Origin: Bigelowiella natans CCMP2755
Taxonomy: Eukaryota; Protista; Cercozoa
Assembly: GCA_000320545.1 (NCBI GenBank)
Contig: ADNK01003270.1
Coordinates: forward strand, 42,979 to 106,978
Reading direction: 5' to 3'
Length of the DNA stretch: 64,000 nucleotides
Part shown: piece after piece, positions 26,960 to 37,485 of the stretch
Numbering within the stretch: position 1 is the stretch's first letter
How the letters are laid out: the number at the start of each line of letters is the position of its first letter
The notes under the pieces: generated by a model
Database searches by the model: none
What the model was told of the DNA's origin: nothing
What the model saw: only the letters and a program-made list of their open reading frames with translations
Translations under genes and position numbers: made by a program

Positions 26960-28660
26960 ACTGCACGCGCATCTAGATTGCATGTCTATCATCTAGACAT
27001 GGGTGTTTCTAGGTATGTGTCTATGTTACCTACCTAGCTACTAGCATACGTTGACACCATCATTGCCATGACTAGGTGACATATATGACATTTTACGCTC
27101 GAGATTTATCGATATGTACGCACAGTAATACACTTCATCACCGCATCACACGTCTAGACGCCTGCCATGCATGTGTGGAATTGCAAGATGTCTTCGCATT
27201 GCTAAAGATCAGGACTCCGCCTGCTAGACGGCATCACACATTTCATTTTCCCACTGTTCGCGGTAGCAAAAATTGCCAAAATAGGCAACACTAGAACATG
27301 AAATTTTTGCCTACTGACGACCTACGACACCTACTGCTGATCTGAATTGCTAGAATGGCATGGCAGAAATCACAGGCTAGCGCAGGCACATCACATGTCC
27401 ATCGATCACTAGATCATCAAAATGATCTTGTTGTTGAAATGACATGCGCACAGCACAAAAATCATCGCCAGCAGAGCATCGCGCCATTCTAGCATTGTGC
27501 CCACATCGCAGAATTTCTCACCGCTGATAGCTAGTTAGCTCTAGAGCTAGCTGTGATCTTGCTTTTTTTTTTATTCTGTGCATCCTCAATAACTTCTGTC
27601 ACATTGATGCCAACAACACAGAACTCTGTTAGCTCGAGGGTCTTCAGTCTTTTGAAGTCTCCCACAAACGAAATGCTGAAGGATTCTGCCATCGACTGGG
27701 GAACAAGGAAAAACACTCGAACTTTCTCCGCTTCTGATGCACCGAACAAAATCAGTTCATCAACGCATGCATGTGCTTTGCCGACGGACTTCTTGCTGCT
27801 GGTCGCTACTTGACCAGTGTCCAACAGTTTCCAGAGTTTGTTGCTCCATCGATGGCCAGCTAGCCAGGTCTAGAAGTGGTTTTTGTGACACACTGCAAAT
27901 TCCAATTTTTGATGTTCAGCCATTTTCGTGATGTGTTCTCGGCATTTGTCCATCTGCTAGATCTGGCCTTTCATGCCGTCTAGCCGTCGGAGAAAAGTTT
28001 TCAAAGCTGAATGAGCAGGGAACTCGTGAATTTTGTCTTTCCATTCACCATTCTCATTCTTTTTTTCAACGTCAGCCAGCGCAATGAACACAACAAGTGA
28101 GCAAGCAGCAGCGCAGCGCTCAACACTGGAACACCTAGACACGATGGAGCAAACAATCATGCAGTTCTGATCTCATTTTTTTCTCCTTCATTTTGTTTGC
28201 AGATATTTTCTGCAAAAATCTCTCATCAGCATTGGAAAAGGGGACACATGAACGACTTGTTCAATGAAACAGCACATGCTAGCATGAGAGGATCATTTTT
28301 CCAACGTGTGTTTCTGAAGATCGAAATCAAGGATTGCTAGATTGTCCGTCAAGATGCTACACGCAGCTCAGTGAACTTGATCTGAGATGACTAGATGAAT
28401 GGGCGAACTAGCGAATGAAAAAATGGGGACTCTCTCTAGAAAGCTAGAAATCTAGAAGTGCATGCTAGCATGCTAGCATGTGCGATGTGGCATGCATTGC
28501 TAGATTGCGTCTATGCCTGGATGCTAGTGCATCATGACGCACATGCTAGCATGTACGCCATGCATCTTGCTGTGTGCGTGACAACAGCACACGTGGGTGG
28601 TTTGCTTTGTTGCGCTTCCGACAAAGATTCATGATGAAAATTAAATTTGCGCGCAATGCT
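26960..28660. other. TpA-depleted, CTAG-rich intergenic domain
   Basis: Surviving TA are mostly in CTAG. Lies between convergent genes. Confidence 0.85.
27530..28420 (-). pseudogene. Decayed coding-like sequence inside a TpA-erased domain
   Basis: Broken, Tyr-free ORF pieces of protein-like composition (27531..27824 and 27957..28160). No family recognised. Confidence 0.3.
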
Positions 28661-28768
28661 ACTACTGCTTTGACAACACTAAGAACTAGATTGAGAGCCA
28701 ATGCCGAATTTCTACTTTTAAAGATTCTTCATCGATAGTCAAATGGCATGTACTGCACTGGAACTGTA

Positions 28769-31700
28769 TTATTGCAACTGAGGGTCTGTAAAAAGCTCTT
28801 CAATGTTCTTATTGAAAAGAGCTCCTCCTAAATGCATTCAAATGGTCTTATGTTTAGCTAGAAAATATGTTGACATGATTGTTAATGTGACTCCTTTACC
28901 GTCCAAATCTGTGAAGTTTGTTTCCGATGAACGACTGCAAAGCCCAGGTTCATGAACTATTGTTTCCTGAATATTACGAGTTGTACTTTTAGTTTTGACC
29001 TATTTATTATTAAAAATATGTAGTATAATTGGATTCACACACATCCAATATACAACACGCGCGCACGCGGGCGTAAGCATATATAAAGTGGATAAGATAG
29101 CGATGGGGGAGATAGGTATAGATATAGATAAGCATTAGTGCAAATAAATCAAACTGACGTAGCTTGGTGACGGAAGATGCCTATTTCTGAGATTTAATGC
29201 CACATCCATTGATCGACGAGGAACATGTAGAGCAAAGTTTATTGGCTCCTCTGATGTTGTATTTGAAGGCCTGTAAAATACAATTCTTCTTATTTTTTGA
29301 GCAAATTATATGAAGTATCTTTTTTACCGCATCGGAGATGGTGTATGTAGAGTTGTTTCTCCCCAATTTATACCTATGTAATATGTATATGAGTTTTACA
29401 TAGTACAAGAGAGTTTACGTTGCGATTGTTGTTGCTATAAATTATAATCTGAGTATTTGTCTTACTAATTTGGAGGCTATTCGGTGGTCTCTTTTCAGAA
29501 GGACTTGCGGATACCAGATGGGATTGAATTTTATCCGGGGATCTTACTCTCGGGGAAATCTTTTAAGATAGGATAGGTTAGCTTCAGCTCATATATGCTG
29601 TTGGAGTTTTCATCCTTAGATCGCCAATACTGCAGTATTAACCCTCAATACTGCTCAGTTATACTTGCTCGCGCAGCACCGCGCGTAATACCGCTTAATA
29701 CTCAATACTGTGCAATACTACTTCACAATTGAAAAAATCTAAGACAGTATTGCTGCAATACTTCACGGAACTCAAAAATGCCCGTTTTTGAGAAACGTGA
29801 GATGAGCATTGGTGTTGGAGGAGGAGATGACAAAAACAATGATGATGATGAAAATTTGTGTTTGTGAAAGTCCATATTAATCATTGGTAATTGTGATCAC
29901 GATGTGACTAGAATTGACGTGTTCATGAGCAGCATATGGCTATGAAAACTGCAGCAATGCTGTGCCAATACTGTGTCAATACTGTGCAATACTGCAGTAT
30001 TACCTCATGGATGTGCAATGCTGTAGTATTACTGCAGTATTATGAAAAAGTATTGGCGCAGTATTGATAACAGTATTTTTGGAGTATTGATCAATACTGT
30101 CAATTTTGAAACGCAGCGGTCAATACTGTTGGACAATATTTGCGATCTTAGTTTTTATCTAGGTAATAGAGACAAACCTGCGTGGTAGTTTCTGTGGAAT
30201 GTGGTCTCTCTTTTGCACGGCTTCCCTGCACTGGAACTGAACTTTTTGGATTTACGTAATTGTAGAATAGAAATTGAAATATCCTACAGAAGGTAACAAC
30301 CTACACATAAATATATGTTGGAAGTCTTACGCCGTAAATACTTCGGTGTTGACTCAATACTGCGCGGCAATACTTAAAGCGCGAAGTAATACTGCTCAAT
30401 ACTACGCTTCACAATTGAAAATTTCTAAGACAGAATTGCCTGTATAACTGCAGTATTGAGTTGCAATACTCCACGAAACCCAAAACATCGGAACCCAAAA
30501 TGTCCGTTGTTTTGGCTTCGGAAGAAAGCAAACGACTTCCGAGCTTGGAACCGACAACACCCCAACACCCCCCAATATCATGCACACTCACATACACATA
30601 AGGTGAAAACAAAACTAGTGAAAACGGCAGGAATGCTGTGTCAATACTGTGTCATACTACGTAATATTGCATAATTCTGCAGTATTACTACAGTATTATG
30701 AAAAAGTATTGACGCAGTATTGAAAGCAGTATTTTTGGAGTATTGAAAAATAATGTAAATTTTAAAACGCGGCCGTCAATACTGTTGGACAGTATTAGCG
30801 ACCTAAGATTGAAATCATACATTGAGCAATTCTTCTGTAGAATTCTATATGTTTTGTTGTGTCGAGGAAAGTTTCTGATGATTGTAGTACATTATCTCCA
30901 AAACATCTGTCTCGAAGTACAACATCGACCATGTCGAATGCTTGTGATGGAGTAGCTCTAGATTCCTTTAAACTTTGCTGAAGTCTTTTGATTTTTTGTT
31001 TCTGTGTCTTTGTTGTATCAGCATGGCTTTCTAATAATTCAAGAGCTTTGCTCATTCTATAGAGGGTAGTCCCAGTCTCAAGATTGCTATTTTTTGAACT
31101 TGAAGACTCCTTCTGATTATGTGATCGCGAGACTTTTTCCTTGCGAGACTTTTCATCAGCTTCACATTTACCCGTGGTGTAGCTACTTGTTTTATTTTGT
31201 AATTTAGGGACGGAGGTAATATTTTTCCTATTGTGAGCATAGAGAGGTTCTTTCTTTGCTGCAGCATGCTTTTTATTTGCGTTCTTCATTTTACCACAAG
31301 GACATCTTCGCTTAGAACAGGGATTGCAGCATGGACACTTTTTAATTAAGGCACTTCCGGCCTTCACACGAAATCTTTTCCACATGCAACCCCTACAAAA
31401 TGAGTGCTGGCACGTTTCGAAGACAGTACCCCCAGCACTATCCTTCTTGCATATATGGCATGCTGTCATAAAGAGAGAGCCATTTTTCCTTTTCTTAACA
31501 AACAGTTGCCCATCCAATGATCCATTCGACGGTAAATTGTATTTCACATTGTTATGATCATCAAATATTGAGGTTTCATAACGAACAGGAGCAAAATTTT
31601 TATGTTGATCTCCTATTTGCTGTTTGCAACAGTATTGATGCTCTTTCAGAATGCCACGAGGAATTTTATTATTTAGAGGTAGAAGTTGCTCAAGCAGCAT

Positions 31701-32135
31701 TGACTTATGGAAGACCTCACATTTACCCTGAGATACAAACCATTTTTTTCGTGATACAAGTAATCAATTAGAAAAAGTGCGGTTCACCTTTATGCACAGG
31801 CAATGGAAGTCCTCACAAAAATCAGTCAGGAAAAGGTCATTTTCATCCTTATGAATGGAACCTCCGCAATTACAAAGAGTCTCATCATGGCGGAGAAACC
31901 ATCGCACTCTACACCACATGACTTCATTCTCATCCTCCCATAATAGAGTCAGATGACCCACGCTTGGACCCGACCCTTTATTTTCGAAGACTTCAACGTT
32001 ATCACCGACTCGAAAGGTATCTCCTTTTCTTTCAAATCCTTGGTAGTATTTCTTGCCATTCTCAAGTTTAGGTTCGCTAATCCATACGAATGCATACTTC
32101 TGGCATTCAAGGATGTTATTAAGATTATCCACCAT
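28769..32135 (-). CDS. BAH-domain protein with a Cys-rich zinc finger (zf-4CXXC_R1/RING-like) and coiled coil (spliced)
   Basis: BAH: YYQGFERKGDTFRVGDNVEV..LWEDENEVMWCRVRWFLRHDET..ENDLFLTD. Finger: CHIC..CQHSFCRGC..CPCCNPC..CPC. Downstream exons were traced around two intronic MITEs; both ends are tentative. Confidence 0.75.
29619..30147. mobile_element. MITE, PIF/Harbinger (Tourist)-like, intronic
   Basis: TIRs GATCGCCAATACTG ... CAATATTTGCGATC, flanked on both sides by TTA. Many AATACTG/CAGTATT subterminal repeats. Confidence 0.8.
30330..30803. mobile_element. Second, diverged copy of the same MITE family, intronic
   Basis: Right end CAGTATTAGCGACC|TAA and about 130 bp colinear with 30020-30147. 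The left TIR is degenerate and preceded by TTA. Confidence 0.7.
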
Positions 32136-32697
32136 CCTGTCATCATTTTAATGTCAGAACTATTAAAACGACATCAAATGATATCATAAATCATTTGTAT
32201 GAACCAGAGGGGGGAAAAAAGATTGATCGTCAAAGCTAAAAGCATAATGCACCATCCCATAAACCAGTTGACACATTTGGCATTGCCTTGAGAAGGAAGG
32301 TGACCAACAAAGTGAACTTTAAGAAGTGAGTTAAGTGCATGCTGTATGGAAAAGAAAAAAAAGGCACTTCTTTCTGATCGGCGACTACTAAAATACTAAA
32401 ATTATCACAGCGGGAGAGTAATTTAGTGGAAGTTGCGCCCAAACAATCTATCTGATGGTATTGCGATAAGAAACTATCCACAAATCTACAAAATGCATTG
32501 CACTCTTGATTACGAAAAACTTGAATAATTTGAAAGAATTTTGTGTCAGCGACAACATCATAGCGTATTATCGAAGTAGATACCCGATTATCTCTGCAGG
32601 TCTCCGATGATATCTGAAAATCTCTGAGAACTTCGTAGTGCTGCTGCTGTTTGCGGTGCTTTTGATCAAAAACCGTTCCCTTGCATAGATCAGATCA

Positions 32698-34714
32698 ATG
32701 ACGTCCCGAATAACAATTTTCGAACAGGGAAACATAGAGAACAAGCGGGTAGTGTGATACTCTTCTAATGGGGGGTAAGGCGGAGAAATTACTCTTGTTC
32801 CTACATTGTAATTCCAATTAGGTATTGTTGGTACCCTTAAACGCTACCTTAGATTCATTAATAAAGCAAGCTGCCAAGGAGTTGAAAGTTGTTCTCCCAA
32901 AAAAGGTTTTTCCTTTTACAACTTATTTCTAGAGCAAATATTGAGATGAACACCAAAGCACCAAAGCTAATACTTTAATCGCAGAAATTTGTTGACGGAT
33001 CAACAATGATGACGAAACGTAGACTAATTTTTGTCGATGCTAATGAAGCTTCTTTCTAAAATCAGGGGGCCAAATTATTTTTCAAAAATGGATCTGTAGT
33101 AGATGAAGTCGAGCTTGTACGGCCGAACGATGTGCTCTTTTTGTGTGCCAATGCAAGTACGAAAGATGTATCATCTCGTCAATGTGTTCTCTCACATGAG
33201 ATTGTTGAGATTATCAGTAACATACTACCAGTTGCAAGTACAATGGATAATAATGGGCTGACTCTTATCGAATGCACTCCTGATGTTGTTGGATTATATA
33301 GGAACTGATAAGTTTTCTATAGCTGTGATGGGTCCAGGATCGGTTGGTAAATCTGGTAAGTACACATCGTTGCGAGAATCTGAGCGGGCTATTGATCATC
33401 TAATTATGAATCAATAACTTGGTATGTTTTATTTTACCTATGACAGCTCTAACCCTTTCTTATACTCAAAATATGTTCGTAGCCGATTACGATCCAACAA
33501 GTAATGTTAAACCGATAAGTAAAAATTTATTTTAAGGATTACTTTTGAGGTCAGGATAAAATATATACCCACTTTTAAAGTTACAATCAAAATATATTAG
33601 ATCATTTGATACTATATTTCTTTGTTCGCATGAAACTCGTGATACCCTGATAAATATCCTTCATGACGGTCGAAACCTTAATTTCAGTTGAAGATGCTTT
33701 TCGAAAAAGTGACATCATAGACGGACTACCATGTGTAATTGATATCCTAGACACGGCAGGCCAACCGGTCGGCAGAAAACAATTGCTAATTTACTCTTGT
33801 ACTATGGTATCATGGTATCAACATACTCATATTTTCGCTGCACATATTGATTTATCTATCCCAGGAATATAGTGCTCTTCGTTCAACATGGATGCAAAAT
33901 CGGGATGCGTTGATATTCGTTTTCAGTATAGCAGACCATAGCTCATACAAAGGGCTAGGTTGTATGTTCGTCAAATTACAGCATCTATCATTCTATCATA
34001 TCGACATGTTTTATAGTTTTATCCCTGCTATAGTTTGACTTAAATACACCCCTACCGACTCTATGCTGCAGCAAACTTCTTCGATCAGCTGATGGCAATA
34101 ATAGAGGGCGATCCCATTCCTCTCATCATTGTCGGAAATAAAAAGGATCTCGCTGAAAAGGATAGGAAGGTCAGTGTACATTTTAATGTTTGCCGTTGAT
34201 GACAATAAACTAGCAATTTATTCCCCATAGAAAGATGCCTTAATAAAGGGTTTTAGCCTATTATATTTCTCTGATAAAAAATATATAGGTTGCTACTGAA
34301 GATGGTAATAAGCTTGCAATAGCTTGGGGAGCGCAGTATATCGAGACATCTGCAAAAACTGGAGAGAATGTTAAAGAGGTGTTGACCAGTCGACAGAAAT
34401 ATTATTCAATATGGTCATAATAAGATTTAAAAAAATATGGGATGAGGACTTGGTTATGCTGAAATTTACCCTCCACAAATGAAATAAATACTTCATCGAC
34501 AAAGTTATTTGTAATAAACTTGCTCTAATTTTCTTTTAGTTTCGTCAACAAAATTTATAGTTCTATGACGCTCTCCATTATTTAGGTGTTCCATTCTGTA
34601 ATTCGTAAATCAAGGTGTGACAGGAAGACAAGAAAACATGAAGAAGATTATGACGAATCCAAGCTTCAATCATCGGATTCATCGGGACTGGGATGGCTAT
34701 GTACTGTGCTATAA
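32698..34714 (+). CDS. Ras-family small GTPase with N-terminal KHA-like (ubiquitin-fold) domain (spliced)
   Basis: G1 GPGSVGKS, effector YDPTIED, G3 DTAGQ, G4 NKKD, G5 ETSAK and C-terminal CTVL CaaX box. N-terminal exons read RITIFEQG..VLLVPLNATLDSLIKQAAKEL..LFFKNGSVVDEVELVRPNDVLFL. Confidence 0.88.
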
Positions 34715-35582
34715 TGTATTGTATGGTACTACAGTTCACTATACAGAGTTAACTTGCACGTAGCATTATCGCCAGGAATTAGTCAAATCTATTTTGTTCT
34801 GTTGCTGCTATAGTCCAACACCTCCAATATGCATTGCGTACAAAACATGCTGAACATCTACATATATTCGCACGTGTCAAACTAACATGTGCACGCCACC
34901 GATTGCGCATCGTGCTATATGTAGTGCGCACCGTGCTACACATAGTGCGAGCTATCTAGCTATGCTATCTATGTCCTGAATGTGCGGTGTGTGCATGAAA
35001 TTTTTGCATTTAGGCATGTAGCTCTTGCTAGCTAGCTAGCTAGAGCTCGAGCTCTAGAGCTAGTACATGTCATGAACATGATCTAGATGATGCTTGCCAC
35101 TACTAGACTAATTTTTGTCTTAGCGAAATTGATAATACTAGAATGGCGCAGACTCTCTATTTTTGATACGAAATACAATTAATCTAGAAATGCATAGCAC
35201 AGCTAGATAGGTCCACATCGCATAGGCCCAAAAATGAATGGAAAAATCTGGAAATAGCTAGCGCGATTTTCATTTCACGTGCGCCTGCCATTTCTAGATT
35301 TGTGCTTCTGATTCAAAAATTAAGAGCTATGATGACAGTTTCTTATATTATTACATCTGACATCTCTTGATCTGTCGCACATCTTTAGATAATATCCTTT
35401 CAAGTTATCGTTGATTGTGACTACCAAAATCGATGGGTAGGTAGTAGCCTTTGTAGCTGTTTTCTCCCTCCCGGTAGTTGAACATTGAATGTTTAAAATC
35501 AAACTTTATACATTGATATTTCTGCACTTGACACAACTGAGTATATCTGCAGGAATTCTGTTCGGATTCATTGATGGACTTG

Positions 35583-36628
35583 TTATGGTAGTTTACCCCA
35601 AATCTGCCCATCTTCTGTTATCCTCACTTCGTATCTGATAGAATTATTTTTCGATACGTACATTCGTAAAATTAAATTATATCATCATCTGGCTTTTCTG
35701 TAAATCAAATGTGACTCCAAGTATATGAAATACTAAAAAAACTAACAAAAACAAATATACGTGTTGAGATTTTCAGGCTCCTCTTGTTTCTTTAGTGCTC
35801 CGAACACAGCTCGCACAGGATTAAAACCAGAATTTGGGCACCAAAGAAGGGGTTTCCCTAGTCAAGTATCATATAATAGTTTGTCATATTGATGAGAATG
35901 AGAAAGAAAAGTGAGTCGAGGGAAGCCCAAGGTTAGGGAAGTATTACCTGTAGCGAGATCGAATACAGAGCCCGTAAGCGGCTCCTCAACTACCACTTGG
36001 CCATCCCCATTCATTGTTACAGACGCGTCGGTAAGTGGAAACTTGTATGGAGGACACGCAGCATCTGTTAGGAACAAAGACTCGTCGTATTTGAAAACTG
36101 CGTATGCATTCGGTTCAAGTATCACAGGTACGACAGATTTTTGTCTTTTCTCGAATTCCTGCAAATTCGAAACACGCTTGAATCCTTGTTTTTGCAGAGC
36201 GTCTGCAAAACCCTTGGCAGCCTTAGTCTCTCGTTTTTTCTGGGCTCCTTTGCTAGTTTTGGAAAAACCACTAGAGGAGGAACCTTTTGGAAGTTGCTCA
36301 TTGCGCTTTCCACGCGCACCCTCAGGAGCGGAAGACGATGCAGCTGCTGTCATCATTGCGATATAACGGCGGAAAGTTGTAGCCCTGCGCATCTTGTTGC
36401 GGTATATACTGTTCTTAGTACTCAGATGTGGTACAATACTAGAGTACGTAGATGTCAATGAGGGAGTGGACGACATTGCCGATCTCGAGAAGCTGTTGCC
36501 ATCTACACCCAAGCAATGAACGTTGCCTGTCAATAATTCTAAATCACCCCTTCTGACGAGTGGCATGAAGATAAATGTATCTTACAGATGAGAGCAAAAA
36601 GGGGTGGTAGTAGTGTGTAGCTATTCAT
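35583..36628 (-). CDS. Rieske-like domain protein lacking canonical Fe-S ligands, probably plastid-targeted
   Basis: LFLTDAACPPYKFPL..VEEPLTGSVFDLATG..WCPN..YEVRITEDGQIW matches the Rieske ferredoxin fold pattern. It has a hydrophobic N-terminus and a Ser/Arg-rich leader. Confidence 0.7.
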
Positions 36629-36761
36629 CTTCAACGAGTTTCCTGTTGTAACAATACATACATTTCAGCATATGCCGTCTTGGTTGAGCATCCATTAGCA
36701 TAATTGTTCATGAGTATGTGCATTTACATGTGCATGGGCTTGTGTCAACGTGTGTGTGAGT

Positions 36762-36812
<51 letters not shown>

Positions 36813-36817
36813 TATGT

Positions 36818-36859
<42 letters not shown>

Positions 36860-37219
36860 GTGGATCAGCGGGCTCGTACACGTCGACGTCGACGGTCCGA
36901 GCAGTTAGTGGTCGTAGACGTTGTCTGACAGGTAGAAGAGCGGCTACTTTCACTGTTGTTGTTGTTGTTGTTGTTGTTGTGTTGTTTTTTTTGTTGGAAT
37001 TTTTAGCTATGATCTAATTTGATCGTAGAAATATTGACAGGGCATACCAAACGTTATGAAATCACTTCGGTGTAACAACATAGCTGGGAAGTCAAGGGCG
37101 CGAACAGAATAACTAACTAACTAACTAACATAGCCGGGAAGTCAAGGATGCGACAAGAATAACTAACTACGCTGATTGGATGCGATTTACACTTATTACC
37201 GGTAAGTAACTAAATTACA

Positions 37220-37449
37220 TGGTGAAAACCAGGGCAGCGACACTGATTGCAGCGTATATTTATAAGAATTAAATAATATTTACCTTAAACAATAATAATG
37301 ATAATAACAGGTAGAAGATAGTCCTGATCGATGCTACGACTTGCTGCGTACTTAGACGTACAGCTCAGAGGTAATGGTTTCTCTTCTTACAATTAGTTAG
37401 TAGTTCCTAGTGGTAGTAGTAATAGATCTGGTAGGAGCAGCTACAGCCA

Positions 37450-37485
<36 letters not shown>

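Noticed and set aside
36646-36664. Possible 19-nt nucleomorph-sized intron upstream of the Rieske-like gene
   Set aside because: It does not give a convincing open frame, and a downstream ATG at 36628 explains the leader.
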